64,000 nucleotides of DNA from Coriobacteriia bacterium (GTDB lineage Bacteria > Actinomycetota > Coriobacteriia > Anaerosomatales > PALSA-660): assembly GCA_030651905.1 (NCBI GenBank), contig JAUSBS010000082.1, positions 4,322-68,321 on the forward strand, written 5' to 3'. The notes beneath the pieces were generated by a model. The model ran no database searches. It was given only the letters and a program-made list of their open reading frames with translations, and had not been told where the DNA came from. The translations under genes were made by a program, and so were the position numbers. Shown one piece after another: positions 20,996-30,766 of the stretch (position 1 is the stretch's first letter; each line of letters begins with the position of its first letter).

Positions 20996-21906
20996 GCCTC
21001 GTCGGCCTCCTCCAGTGCAACGGTCGCGAGCGTTGGCGCGAACCCGGCGAACGAGCCGGCCGCGCCGTCGGTGACGGCGGCAGGCTGCTTCGAGGCACGC
21101 CCCGTCACGTCGATACAGTTCTGAGGACAGACCGCCACGCACGAGAGACACGCCGTGCACTTCTCGTAGTCGACGACCGCCAGCATGTCGATCACGTGGA
21201 TGGCGTCGGACGGGCACGCCTTCTCGCACTTCTTGCATGCGATGCACGACATGGTGCAGGAGTCCCGGCGCGCCTTGATCTTGTCGCGCGAGCTGCAGCG
21301 GACCGCGACGGTGCCGGTCACGGGGATGAGTTCGAGCAGGTTGCCGGACTTCCCCCGCGGACACTCGGTGACACAGATGCCGCAGCCGGTGCACTTCACG
21401 AGGTCGACGATGGGCAACCCGCGCTCATCGAGCGACATCGCGTCGAAGGGACATGCCCGCACGCAGTCGCCGTAGCCCAGGCAGCCGTACGGGCACAGCA
21501 GGCTGCCACCGGCGAGCTTCGACGCGGCGTTGCAGGAGCGGACCCCGCCGTACGCGTACGCGAGCTTCGCGTTCGTGCCCCCGCCGCAGTGACGGCACGA
21601 CGTGACGGCGGCCACGGCGCATGCGTCCTGGCCCATCGCCTCCGCGATAGCGTCGGCGACCTCCTGACCACCCGCGATGCACGTGGTGACGGGCAAGCGG
21701 CCCTCGGCGATGCCCTCGGCTGCGCCGAAGCAGCTCGGATTCCCACAGGCGCCACAGTTCGCACCGGGCAGGGCGTCGAGCACCCGCTGGACCTTCGGAT
21801 CGACGTCGACGTGGAACTTCTGCGCGGCTGTGCCGAGCAGGATCGCCGAGACGGCGCCGATGAGGCTCAGCGCGCCGACGGCCTTCAAGATGAGTACTAC
21901 GTCCAT
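20992..21906 (-). CDS. rnfB: Rnf complex subunit B (polyferredoxin)
   Basis: It starts at MDVVLILKAVGALSLIGAV (TM) and has the CGACGNPSC motif plus several CxxCxxCxxxCP 4Fe-4S motifs. Confidence 0.9.
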   Translation of the reverse strand: MDVVLILKAVGALSLIGAVSAILLGTAAQKFHVDVDPKVQRVLDALPGANCGACGNPSCFGAAEGIAEGRLPVTTCIAGGQEVADAIAEAMGQDACAVAAVTSCRHCGGGTNAKLAYAYGGVRSCNAASKLAGGSLLCPYGCLGYGDCVRACPFDAMSLDERGLPIVDLVKCTGCGICVTECPRGKSGNLLELIPVTGTVAVRCSSRDKIKARRDSCTMSCIACKKCEKACPSDAIHVIDMLAVVDYEKCTACLSCVAVCPQNCIDVTGRASKQPAAVTDGAAGSFAGFAPTLATVALEEADEA

Positions 21907-21920
21907 TCGCGCCTCCTCCC

Positions 21921-22541
21921 TTAGAGCCCGAAGAGCGAGCCGAGACCCATGTAGCCGAGCGAGAGCAGCCCTGCCGTGATGAACGCCATCGGGGTCCCCT
22001 TGAGCCACTCGGGAACCGGCGCCAGGTCAAGACGCTCACGCATGGCCGTGAACGACAGCAACGCGAAACCGTAGCCGCAGGCCACACCGAGCGTGTAGAT
22101 CAGGTTCTCGCCGAGCGTGAAGTCGTACACCATGTTCATCTTGAAGAAGCCCGGCTTGACCGCCTCGGTGGCGGCCGCGAGCACGGCGCAGTTCGTGGTG
22201 ATGAGCGGCAGGAAGATGCCCATCGCGCGATAGAGCGCCGGGCTGTACTTGCGCAGGTACATCTCGACGAACTGCACCAGCGCCGCGATGACGAGGATGA
22301 ACGCCGGGATGTAGAGGAACTCCCCCACCCCGAGCGGCTTGAGCAGGAAGTAGTAGAAGAGCCACGTCGCGGTGGAGGCCATCATCATGACGAAGATGAC
22401 GGCGAGGCTCATGCCGATCGACGTGTGCATGTCGTTGGAGATGCCGAAGAAGCTGCACAGGGCGATGAAGCGCGTCAGAAGGATGTTGTTGACGAGAGCG
22501 GCGCCCACGAACAGGAGCATCAGCTGCGAGAGAGAGCTCAC
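21921..22541 (-). CDS. rnfA: Rnf complex subunit A
   Basis: The sequence LFVGAALVNNILLTRFIALCSFFGIS...GIFLPLITTNCAVL is RnfA/NqrE-like. Confidence 0.9.
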   Translation of the reverse strand: MSSLSQLMLLFVGAALVNNILLTRFIALCSFFGISNDMHTSIGMSLAVIFVMMMASTATWLFYYFLLKPLGVGEFLYIPAFILVIAALVQFVEMYLRKYSPALYRAMGIFLPLITTNCAVLAAATEAVKPGFFKMNMVYDFTLGENLIYTLGVACGYGFALLSFTAMRERLDLAPVPEWLKGTPMAFITAGLLSLGYMGLGSLFGL

Positions 22542-22542
22542 G

Positions 22543-23193
22543 TCACATCGCCTCCTTCACCGAGGCGTGGGCCGCGGCCTGCTTGGCGGCCATTCGACGG
22601 TTCAGAGCCTGCGAGCCCGCGACGATCAGTCCGAACAGCATGAAGGCTCCGGGGAACAGGAGCAGGATGTTGGGCGGGCGATAGAAGGCGGGCAGCGTCA
22701 CGAGGGTCATCTTGAGGAAGACGATCTGCCCGCCGCCGAACAGTTCACGGAAGGCCGCGAGCGCCGTGATGATGATCGTGTAGCCGAGCCCCATGCCGAT
22801 ACCGTCGGCGACCGAGAGCCACACCCGGTTGTGGTACGCGAAGGCCTCGGCGCGCCCGAGCACGATGCAGTTGACCACGATCAGAGGGATCCACACGCCG
22901 AGGAACGAGTACACGCTGGGCAGATACGCCTTCATGACGAGATCCACGATCGTGACGAACGAGGCGATGATCACGATGAAGATCGGGATCCGTACCTCCT
23001 CGGGGATGAGGTGTCTGATGGCCGCGATGATCACGTTGCTCATCACGAGGACGAACATGACCGCGACCCCCATGAAGAACGATCCTTCTGCACGGCTCGA
23101 GACCGCGAGGACCGAGCACAGCCCGATCATGAGCACGGTCAAGGGGTTCTCGAACGACAGGCCGTTCTTGAGGACCTTCATCCATTGCTTCAC
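22543..23193 (-). CDS. rnfE: Rnf complex subunit E
   Basis: The sequence NPLTVLMIGLCSVLAVS...GVWIPLIVVNCIVLGRAEAFA is RnfE/NqrD-like. Confidence 0.9.
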   Translation of the reverse strand: MKQWMKVLKNGLSFENPLTVLMIGLCSVLAVSSRAEGSFFMGVAVMFVLVMSNVIIAAIRHLIPEEVRIPIFIVIIASFVTIVDLVMKAYLPSVYSFLGVWIPLIVVNCIVLGRAEAFAYHNRVWLSVADGIGMGLGYTIIITALAAFRELFGGGQIVFLKMTLVTLPAFYRPPNILLLFPGAFMLFGLIVAGSQALNRRMAAKQAAAHASVKEAM

Positions 23194-23795
23194 TGCCCGG
23201 CACCTCCTTCCATGCTCTTGAGCACGTCGGCATAGATCGCCGCTGCCGCTCCGACGCCGTTGCGAACGCCCCTCGACGTCTTGGTCGCCCCCATGATCGT
23301 ATCGACCTTGCGCACCGAGTCAGCGCCCGTCGCCGTGTCGAGTCCCACGAAGCGCGGAAGCCAGTCCACCTGGGTGAGGACCTTCGTTCCCAGACCCGGC
23401 GTCTCGTTCATGGAGATGATCGTAGCGCCCGTGACTTTCCCGTTCCTATCCACTCCTACCGCCATCGATATCGGGCCACCATAGCCGCGAGGCGCCACTA
23501 GAACGCCCCATCCGACCTGGGCACCGGAGCCGTCGAGCGCGCGATACAGGCCATCGACGCGGGTGTCGCCCGCAGCCGACGCCGCCTTCTCGTAGGCCGC
23601 GGCGTCCTTCTTCGCATCGATCTCCGCAAAGGTCGTCGCGTCCGCGAGTACGATGCGCAGCGATCTCGCCTTCGCCTCCCGGTCCTGGGCCGCGATGCGG
23701 TCCTTCGTGACGGCGTACGTGACGGCGAGTCCCGCCGCCGCGACGATACAGACCACGAGGACCGGTATCCCGAGCCGCATGTAGAGCTTAAGCAT
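23190..23795 (-). CDS. rnfG: Rnf complex subunit G (FMN-binding)
   Basis: It has an N-terminal TM and an FMN_bind domain with the flavinylation-type motif IMGATKTSRGV. Confidence 0.88.
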   Translation of the reverse strand: MLKLYMRLGIPVLVVCIVAAAGLAVTYAVTKDRIAAQDREAKARSLRIVLADATTFAEIDAKKDAAAYEKAASAAGDTRVDGLYRALDGSGAQVGWGVLVAPRGYGGPISMAVGVDRNGKVTGATIISMNETPGLGTKVLTQVDWLPRFVGLDTATGADSVRKVDTIMGATKTSRGVRNGVGAAAAIYADVLKSMEGGAGQ

Positions 23796-24834
23796 TCGCC
23801 TTCACCGCCTTCGCAGGCTTGATGTGCCCGAACGGCTTGGGCATGAACATGCGGTCGATGAGCGGCGCGAGCCCGTTCATGAACAGGATGGCGAACGTCG
23901 TGGTCTCGGGCATCGGTCCGAAGAAGCGCGTCACGATGTTGAACACACCGCAACCGATACCGAAGACGAGCCGGCCGTTCTTGGTTATGGGCGACGTGAC
24001 GTAGTCGGTGGCCATGAAGAACGCACCGAGGAGCACGCCGCCCGCGAGCACGTTGAAGATCGGATCGGAACCGAACGCCCACGAGAGCAAGGCGACCGAG
24101 CCGATGTAGCCGACAGGGATGCGCCAGTCGATGATGCCGCGCACGATGAGCACGAGGCCACCGAGGATGAGCAGCCCGGCCGAGACCTCACCGAGTGAGC
24201 CTTCCAGGTTCTTGAACAGAAGCGGTCCGAACTGCTTCGCAAGGTCGAACCCGTAGCCACCTTGTGCCGCGCGATCCGCGGTCGCGATCGCCAGACGGGT
24301 GGCGCCGTTGATCGCGTCGAGCTTGCCCGAGGCCGGCACGGACAGCGCGTTGAACCAGCCGCCGGCGTATGGCTTGACCTCGGACATGACGCCGAGCCAC
24401 GACATCATGACGACCGCGCGACCGACAAGCGCCGGGTTGAAGAGGTTGAAGCCCAGCCCGCCGAAGAGCATCTTGGCCAGGCCGATGGCCACGATGCCGC
24501 CGACCATGCATATCCACCAAGGGGTGCGCGGCGGCACGGACATCGCGAGGAGCATGCCGGTGACGATGGCCGAAAGGTCGCCGATCGTCTGCTTGCGCTT
24601 CATCATGGCGTTCCACGCGAACTCCGTGAGCACGCATGAGCCGATGCTGGCGACGAATGTGATGATCGCCGGGGTGCCCATGTTCCAGACCGCCCAGAGG
24701 GCCGCGGGAAGAAGCGCCGCGATGACCCATAGCATGATCTGCGGACAGGTCAGTGCCGCTGCGATGTGCGGAGCAGGTGCGACCACGCGCGTATGCACAG
24801 GGGCGGAGGCAGACTCTTGTGTGGCGTCGCTCAA
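23788..24834 (-). CDS. rnfD: Rnf complex subunit D
   Basis: This 348 aa polytopic NqrB/RnfD-family protein has the GAFFMATDYVTSP motif. Confidence 0.9.
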   Translation of the reverse strand: MSDATQESASAPVHTRVVAPAPHIAAALTCPQIMLWVIAALLPAALWAVWNMGTPAIITFVASIGSCVLTEFAWNAMMKRKQTIGDLSAIVTGMLLAMSVPPRTPWWICMVGGIVAIGLAKMLFGGLGFNLFNPALVGRAVVMMSWLGVMSEVKPYAGGWFNALSVPASGKLDAINGATRLAIATADRAAQGGYGFDLAKQFGPLLFKNLEGSLGEVSAGLLILGGLVLIVRGIIDWRIPVGYIGSVALLSWAFGSDPIFNVLAGGVLLGAFFMATDYVTSPITKNGRLVFGIGCGVFNIVTRFFGPMPETTTFAILFMNGLAPLIDRMFMPKPFGHIKPAKAVKANA

Positions 24835-24835
24835 C

Positions 24836-26140
24836 TCACTTCACCCCCTTCGCCATCAGGGCCGCCTTGCCGACCTTGATCAGCTGTACGAGCGGGCGGC
24901 GGGTCGGACAGACGTAGCTGCAGCAGCCACACTCGATGCAGTCGAGCGCATTGAAGCGCTCCACCCCGTTCCACATACGACGGTCGGCGTGGCTGGCGAT
25001 CGCGAACGGATGCAGGTTCATCGGGCAGGCCTCGACGCATCGGCCGCAGCGGATGCAGGCCTGGTCGCCATCGACGACAGGCGCGGACTCGTTCTCCGTG
25101 AGCGCGACAACGCCCGAGGTGCCCTTCACGACCGGCACGTCCAGCGACGCCAGCGCGGCACCGGTCATCGGTCCGCCCGCGATCACGCGGCCCGCGTCCG
25201 GTAGCAGACCGCCGGCCGCCTCGACCAGCGTCTCGATCGGCGTGCCGATCAGAGCGAGGAAGTTCGATGGATCGCCCACGGCACCCGCGATGGTCATGAC
25301 GCGCTCCATGAGCGGCTTTCGCAACTCGACAGCCTCGAGCACCGCGACGGCGGTCCCGACGTTGTGGACGAGCACGCCTATCGCCGCGGGGAGCTGACCG
25401 CGCGGAACGGCGCGGCCGGTGACAGCCCAGATCAGCTGCTTCTCCGCACCCTGCGGGTAGTGGGTCTTGAGTGCGACGACCTCGACCTCGGCGCCGTTGG
25501 TCGCCGCCCGGAGCGCCGCTATCGCGTCGGGCTTGTTGTCCTCGACGCCTATGAACACGGCCTTCGCACCGACCGCAGCGGCTATGAGGCCGACTCCGGC
25601 GATGACGTCGGCCGCGCGCTCGAGCATGACGCGATGGTCACACGTGAGATACGGCTCGCATTCGCACCCGTTGATGACGACCGTGTCGATCGTGAACTGC
25701 TTCGGCGGGCTGAGCTTGACCGCAGTCGGGAAGGCCGCGCCACCGAGGCCGACGATCCCGGCCGCACGCACGGTCGCGCGCACATCGTCGCGAGGCGCCT
25801 GGATCGGCACCCACGTGGTGAGGTCCTGCTCGGCATCGGGTGCGATGGTGACAGCCATCGCGCGGACGCCGCCCGGCGTGAGCACAGGCCCGACATCGGT
25901 GACCTCTCCGCTGACCGGACTGTGGACCGGCGCGCTGATGAGCGCCTCGACGTCGCCGACGACCTGGCCGCGGGCGACGCGATCACCCTTCGCGACCAAC
26001 GGAGTACATGGCGCACCGAGGTGCTGGCTCATTGGCAGCACGATGCGGTCGGGCACAGGCCCGGGACGCACGGCGCGCCCGGCCGTACCCTCCTTGCGAT
26101 CCGGTGGATGGGTCCCACCGGCGAACGGACGGATCCTCAC
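24836..26140 (-). CDS. rnfC: Rnf complex subunit C
   Basis: An RnfC barrel and NADH-binding (GLGGAAFPT) region is followed by two 4Fe-4S motifs, CIRCGRCVEACP and CIECGCCSYVCP. Confidence 0.92.
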   Translation of the reverse strand: MRIRPFAGGTHPPDRKEGTAGRAVRPGPVPDRIVLPMSQHLGAPCTPLVAKGDRVARGQVVGDVEALISAPVHSPVSGEVTDVGPVLTPGGVRAMAVTIAPDAEQDLTTWVPIQAPRDDVRATVRAAGIVGLGGAAFPTAVKLSPPKQFTIDTVVINGCECEPYLTCDHRVMLERAADVIAGVGLIAAAVGAKAVFIGVEDNKPDAIAALRAATNGAEVEVVALKTHYPQGAEKQLIWAVTGRAVPRGQLPAAIGVLVHNVGTAVAVLEAVELRKPLMERVMTIAGAVGDPSNFLALIGTPIETLVEAAGGLLPDAGRVIAGGPMTGAALASLDVPVVKGTSGVVALTENESAPVVDGDQACIRCGRCVEACPMNLHPFAIASHADRRMWNGVERFNALDCIECGCCSYVCPTRRPLVQLIKVGKAALMAKGVK

Positions 26141-26182
26141 TCCCTCACCCCTAACTCGTTCGTGCTCTCATCAACAGCGGCG

Positions 26183-26213
26183 GCGCTCACCGCGCAGTAT
26201 GCGCAGTGAGCGC
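26183..26213 (-). terminator. hairpin between the group-3b hydrogenase operon and rnfC
   Basis: On the minus strand the hairpin reads GCGCTCAC-t-GCGCA tac TGCGC-g-GTGAGCGC, a 13 bp stem with one mismatch. It lies 25 nt after the hydA stop. Confidence 0.5.
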
Positions 26214-26237
26214 CGAGTATGCACGACACGTTTCCCG

Positions 26238-27500
26238 CTAGTGCACCGCGCAGGACATGCACGGGTCGTACGCGCGAACGAGCTGCTCGATGAGCAGGAT
26301 GAACTCGTCGCGGGGACGGTCGGCGATCGTCGGAGCGAACGCGCGCATATCCGCGTCCAGGTTCGCCAGGTTCTGGGCTGTCGGCGTGATGACGTCGCCG
26401 CGCGTGATGAACCCGTCGTCATCGATCCCGTAGCCGTGGTACAGCGTCCCGCGAGGCGCCTCGGTCGCACCGGCGCCCTCGCCCGCTTGGATCTTGAACG
26501 GCACCGGCGCCGACGAGCCGCCCATCTCGAGCAGGCGTCCGATGTAGCCGGCGCAGCGCTCGGCGGCGTCGACGAGTTCGACGGCCTGTGCCAGATGCGT
26601 GTGGAACGGGTTGCGCGAGGGCATGGTGAGCCCGGCCTTTGCGAGAGCGTCCCGTCCCGCGGCGCTGAGCGAACCGGCGTTGATGTTGAGCCGCGGGAGC
26701 GCGCCCACGATGATCGGCATGCCCGCCACCATGGTGTGCTTCGCGTTGCTGTGCCCGACGATCGACTCGGTGATGACCTCGCGGTAGTCGGAGACCGGCC
26801 GCCTCCATCCGGCGTCGAGAGCGGCGATCTCGCCCTCGTAGATGGCGTAGTCGTCCGTCGAGGACAGCGCCAGCATCTCGCCGGCGGTGTCGAACGCGGG
26901 CACCTCGAAGGACGCGAACAACTCGACGGTCGAGACCGCGTCGGGCGCGATGTCGAGCAGCATCTCGCGGAACGCCTCGAGCTTGCGGGGATCGGGTTCG
27001 GCCGTGAAGCCGCCGATCACCGCGGTCACGGGGTGGACTGATCGTCCGCCCACGAGGTTGCACAGCTCGTTGCCGAGCTTCTTGATCTTGAGCGCGCGCG
27101 CGACGATGTCGGGGTGCGTGGCGGCCAGCGGGAAGACGCTCGGCAGCCCGACGAAGTCCGGCGCGGCGAACACGTACAAGTGCGTCGCGTGGTTCTGCAG
27201 GTACGAGCCGTACACGAGCAGTTTGCGCAGCAGCTTCGTGCGCTCCGAGACCTCCACGCCCAGCGCGGACTCGATCGCCTTGATCGAGGTGACCGCGTGG
27301 TTGGGCGAACAGATCCCGCAGATGCGGCTGGTGATGAGCGGCGCCTCGTCGAACCTGCGTCCGACCACCATGGACTCGAAGAAGCGGGCGGGCTCGACGA
27401 CGTCCATACGGATCGAGGAGACGACGCCGTTCTCGACAGAGACGGAGATGTTGCCGTGGCCCTCGATACGCGCCACGTGCTCGACAGTCAGGTCAGCCAT
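26238..27500 (-). CDS. hydA: group 3b [NiFe] hydrogenase large (alpha) subunit
   Basis: The N-terminal RICGICSPNH and the C-terminal DPCMSCAVH (ending at His) are present. At 420 aa it is group-3 sized, and the neighbouring genes define the 3b type. Confidence 0.9.
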   Translation of the reverse strand: MADLTVEHVARIEGHGNISVSVENGVVSSIRMDVVEPARFFESMVVGRRFDEAPLITSRICGICSPNHAVTSIKAIESALGVEVSERTKLLRKLLVYGSYLQNHATHLYVFAAPDFVGLPSVFPLAATHPDIVARALKIKKLGNELCNLVGGRSVHPVTAVIGGFTAEPDPRKLEAFREMLLDIAPDAVSTVELFASFEVPAFDTAGEMLALSSTDDYAIYEGEIAALDAGWRRPVSDYREVITESIVGHSNAKHTMVAGMPIIVGALPRLNINAGSLSAAGRDALAKAGLTMPSRNPFHTHLAQAVELVDAAERCAGYIGRLLEMGGSSAPVPFKIQAGEGAGATEAPRGTLYHGYGIDDDGFITRGDVITPTAQNLANLDADMRAFAPTIADRPRDEFILLIEQLVRAYDPCMSCAVH

Positions 27501-27501
27501 C

Positions 27502-28245
27502 TTACGCAGTCACCTCCGCGGCGGTGTTGTAGACGAGTAGCGACGACGCGAGTGATGCCGGGTCGCAGCCGTACCGGGCGAACACCTCACGAGCAGAGGC
27601 GAGATTGGCATCGGGCGCGATGCCGCGACAGCCGGTGCACGGGCGGCCGAGCGAGGGACACTTCGCTTTGCAGCCTGCGCGCGTCACGAGTCCGAGGCAC
27701 ACGGTCCCGACCTCGAGGAAGCAGGCGTTCTCCGAGACCTTGCACGACGCGCACATCATCTGGTCCGGCATGTGGTCGGACAGGCCCTGCAGGACGCGGG
27801 AGAGACCTCGAAGGAACTCCGCCGTGTCGATGGGGCAGCCCGGTACGTGGTAGTCCACGTCGATGATCGAGTCGATCGGCGCGGGCGCGATGCGGCCCGG
27901 AGCCACGGCCACGCCGCCTCCGTAGACCGTCGCGTAGCGCGTCTCGAGGCCGGCGGTGTTGGCCAGCGCCGGGATGCCACCGGTCACGGCGCAGGTGCCG
28001 ATCGCGACGACGGCGGCCGCCTTCGAGCGAACGTCCTTGAGAAGCTCGACGTGTTCGGTGGTGGTGACGGCGCCTTCGATGATGGCGACATCGTACGCGT
28101 CCGGCATGTGACCGCTGCTGGCGAGTTGCCAGTAGGTCAGATCCATCAACCCGAGGACGTCGAGCAGGTCGTCCTCCATGTTCGTGAGCTGCACCTGGCA
28201 CCCGAAATCGGAAGCGAGGGACACGACGACGACTCGCGGTGCCAT
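27502..28245 (-). CDS. hydD: group 3b hydrogenase small (delta) subunit
   Basis: It is an NuoB/20 kDa-like small subunit with SLASDFGCQVQL and HVPGCP, plus C-terminal extra Cys motifs. Confidence 0.88.
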   Translation of the reverse strand: MAPRVVVVSLASDFGCQVQLTNMEDDLLDVLGLMDLTYWQLASSGHMPDAYDVAIIEGAVTTTEHVELLKDVRSKAAAVVAIGTCAVTGGIPALANTAGLETRYATVYGGGVAVAPGRIAPAPIDSIIDVDYHVPGCPIDTAEFLRGLSRVLQGLSDHMPDQMMCASCKVSENACFLEVGTVCLGLVTRAGCKAKCPSLGRPCTGCRGIAPDANLASAREVFARYGCDPASLASSLLVYNTAAEVTA

Positions 28246-29124
28246 CTAGATCGCCTCCTGCAGGTTCATGGCTTCCCAGTAGTTGAAGACCGGGCCGTCC
28301 ACGCATGCGTACTGGTGGCCGACACCGCAGTGTCCGCACTTTCCGATCCCGCACTTCATGCGGCGCTCGAAACTCACGTAGATGCGATCGACGTCCATGG
28401 CCTTCTTGCGCATCTCCGCGATCACGTACTTGTACATGACGGGCGGGCCACAGATGGCTCCGTAGGTGTTCTCGGGGTCCACGTCGATCTTGTCGAACAG
28501 CCTTGTGACGAGGCCGACCTCGCCCTCCCACGTGTCGTCAGGCTGGTCGACGGTGAGCATCAGATCGAAGTCGTCACGGTGCTGCCACATGTCGAACTGG
28601 TAGCGGAACAACACCTCGTCGGGCTTCTTCGCGCCGTAGAGGATGGTCACCTTGCCGAAATCGTGGCGATCGTCATGGATGTGGTTGATGAGGCTCTTGA
28701 GCGGCGCGATGCCGAGGCCGCCAGCCACCAGGAGTACGTCGTGACCCTTCATCTCCTCGAACGGGAAGCCGCGGCCGAACGGGCCGCGAAGCCCGACGAT
28801 GTCGCCGCACTGCTTACGGTGGAGCGCACCGGTCACGTCGCCGGCGTTGCGCACGCACAGCTCGATGAAGCCCTGCTTCGACGGGGCGCTCGAGATCGAG
28901 ATGGGCGCCTCGCCCACACCGAACACCGATAGCTCGACGAACTGGCCGGCCGAGAAGTCGAAGGCTTCGCGAGCATCCGAATCGATGAGCCGCAGTTCGA
29001 AGAGCTTCTCCTGCGGTGTCAGGTCCATGATCGAGGTGATGCGCGCCGGCCAGGGACGGTACGGGTTCACGGTGCTCTCGGGAACGGCGCCGCTCACGTG
29101 AGTGCCTCGCATGATCGTGTCCAT
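28246..29124 (-). CDS. hydG: group 3b hydrogenase gamma subunit (FAD/NAD(P)-binding, 2Fe-2S)
   Basis: It has a ferredoxin-NADP-reductase-like fold (VLLVAGGLGIAP) and the C-terminal CGIGKCGHCGVGHQYACVDGP. Confidence 0.88.
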   Translation of the reverse strand: MDTIMRGTHVSGAVPESTVNPYRPWPARITSIMDLTPQEKLFELRLIDSDAREAFDFSAGQFVELSVFGVGEAPISISSAPSKQGFIELCVRNAGDVTGALHRKQCGDIVGLRGPFGRGFPFEEMKGHDVLLVAGGLGIAPLKSLINHIHDDRHDFGKVTILYGAKKPDEVLFRYQFDMWQHRDDFDLMLTVDQPDDTWEGEVGLVTRLFDKIDVDPENTYGAICGPPVMYKYVIAEMRKKAMDVDRIYVSFERRMKCGIGKCGHCGVGHQYACVDGPVFNYWEAMNLQEAI

Positions 29125-30147
29125 CTAGTCCACCACACCTGTCTGCAGCGCCTCGACGACCCGGACGGGGTTGATGTTCGCCTTGCATGCGCGTGCGCAG
29201 CGGCCGCAGCCGACGCACAGCACACGCTCGAACTTGCTCAGGTACCCCCACTGCTTGTGGTAGTAGCGGTATTTCACTCGGCTGGCGCGCGTGTCGCGGA
29301 AGTTCTGCCCGTGCGCGACGGCCGCGAACTCCTTGAACTGGCAGCTGTCCCAGGTGCGGACCCGTCGCCCGTGCTGCTGGTCCGCCTCGAGTTCGTCGTG
29401 CACGTCGAAGCAGTAGCAGGTCGGGCACACCATCGAGCAGGCGCCGCATGCCAGACACTTCTCGCCGAACGCCTCCCAGATCGGGCTGTCGAACTTCGCG
29501 TCGAGCAGCAGTGGGAGCTGGGAGGTGTCCACATCGTTGCTGAACGCGGCCTTGAACGCGGCGGTGCGCTCCTGGAAGAGGCGCGTGTCCTCGTCCGTGA
29601 TGTCGCGTGACTCGACATGGCGATCGACGAGCTCAGCGCCCTTCACCGAGCGGATCGAGGCGAAGTAGCTGTCCCCGATGTCGGAGAGGAAGATGTCGAA
29701 GCCCCAGTGTGTCTCGTCCGTGCCCCAGGCGTTGCAGAAGCAGGTGTCCGATGGCGTGCACGAGACGCCCACGATCAGCGTGTTCTCGCGGCGCGCCCTG
29801 TAGTACGGGTCCACGTACTTCCCGAAGAAGACGTTGTCCATGAGCAGCAGGCTGTTCACGTCACAGGGGTGCAGTCCGAACAACACCCTCGGCGGCGCGT
29901 AGACCTCATCGTCCACGACCTCGTTGTCGGCCACGCGGAAGCGCATGATCGTCTCTTCGGGGGGGAAGAACCACTTCTTCGGCGGCAGGACCGTCGTGTC
30001 GTAGTCGAGCCGCAACGAAGCCGGATCCTCGATGGGCGCGAGCACGAACTTCTCGCCCTTCGCAACGGGGCCGACCACCTCGAACTCGGTGGACAGCCCG
30101 CGGACCAGGTCCGGCAGCCGGTCCTTGGCTATGACTCGGAAGAACAA
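29125..30147 (-). CDS. hydB: group 3b hydrogenase beta subunit (4Fe-4S)
   Basis: Both CLACGACSMVCPTCYCFD and CVGCGRCARACKANINP are present. The gene order beta-gamma-delta-alpha matches Pyrococcus-type sulfhydrogenase. Confidence 0.88.
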   Translation of the reverse strand: MFFRVIAKDRLPDLVRGLSTEFEVVGPVAKGEKFVLAPIEDPASLRLDYDTTVLPPKKWFFPPEETIMRFRVADNEVVDDEVYAPPRVLFGLHPCDVNSLLLMDNVFFGKYVDPYYRARRENTLIVGVSCTPSDTCFCNAWGTDETHWGFDIFLSDIGDSYFASIRSVKGAELVDRHVESRDITDEDTRLFQERTAAFKAAFSNDVDTSQLPLLLDAKFDSPIWEAFGEKCLACGACSMVCPTCYCFDVHDELEADQQHGRRVRTWDSCQFKEFAAVAHGQNFRDTRASRVKYRYYHKQWGYLSKFERVLCVGCGRCARACKANINPVRVVEALQTGVVD

Positions 30148-30217
30148 ACGCTACCCCCTTATCCCGCCGCCCTCCCGGGTGGCCCTGGCACAGGTCTCAC
30201 ATACGGCCTGATGCGCC

Positions 30218-30242
30218 GCGGCCCCGCTTGGAGCGGGGCCGC
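30218..30242 (-). terminator. ndk terminator hairpin
   Basis: GCGGCCCCGC-5 nt-GCGGGGCCGC forms a perfect 10 bp stem 15 nt after the ndk stop. Confidence 0.6.
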
Positions 30243-30256
30243 GTCTTACGAGCTTG

Positions 30257-30661
30257 TCACTCCCCGAAGAAGATCGCGATCTCTCGCTTCGCGCTCTCCG
30301 GCGAGTCCGACCCGTGCACGACGTTGGCGTCGAGCACGAGTCCGTAGTCACCCCGGATGGTGCCCGGGGCGGCGTCGCGTGGGTTCGTGGCGCCCATGAG
30401 CTTGCGGACGACCATGACCGACTCGGGGCCGCGGAGCACCATCTTCACGACGGGTCCGCTCGTGATGTAGTCGATCAGTCCCTCGTAGAACGGCTTGCCC
30501 TCGTGCTCGGCGTAGTTCGCCGCGGCTTGATCGCGCGTGACCATACCCAGCTCGAGACGCTCGATGACAAGGCCGGTGTCCTCGAAGCGCTGGATGATCT
30601 GGGCGATGAGGCCGCGAGCCACCGCATCGGGCTTGACCATGACATACGTGCGCTGGTCCAT
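30257..30661 (-). CDS. ndk: nucleoside-diphosphate kinase
   Basis: The sequence RTYVMVKPDAV...NVVHGSDS contains the active-site His. Confidence 0.95.
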   Translation of the reverse strand: MDQRTYVMVKPDAVARGLIAQIIQRFEDTGLVIERLELGMVTRDQAAANYAEHEGKPFYEGLIDYITSGPVVKMVLRGPESVMVVRKLMGATNPRDAAPGTIRGDYGLVLDANVVHGSDSPESAKREIAIFFGE

Positions 30662-30766
30662 GTCAGTACTCCTTCGTGTGTGTGTGGGTGCGTTCTACCT
30701 CGGGCCGCGCATCCCTGCATAGCACTTGGGATCGGCCCGCCGACCATGCCGGGAAGACGGCGCCGC

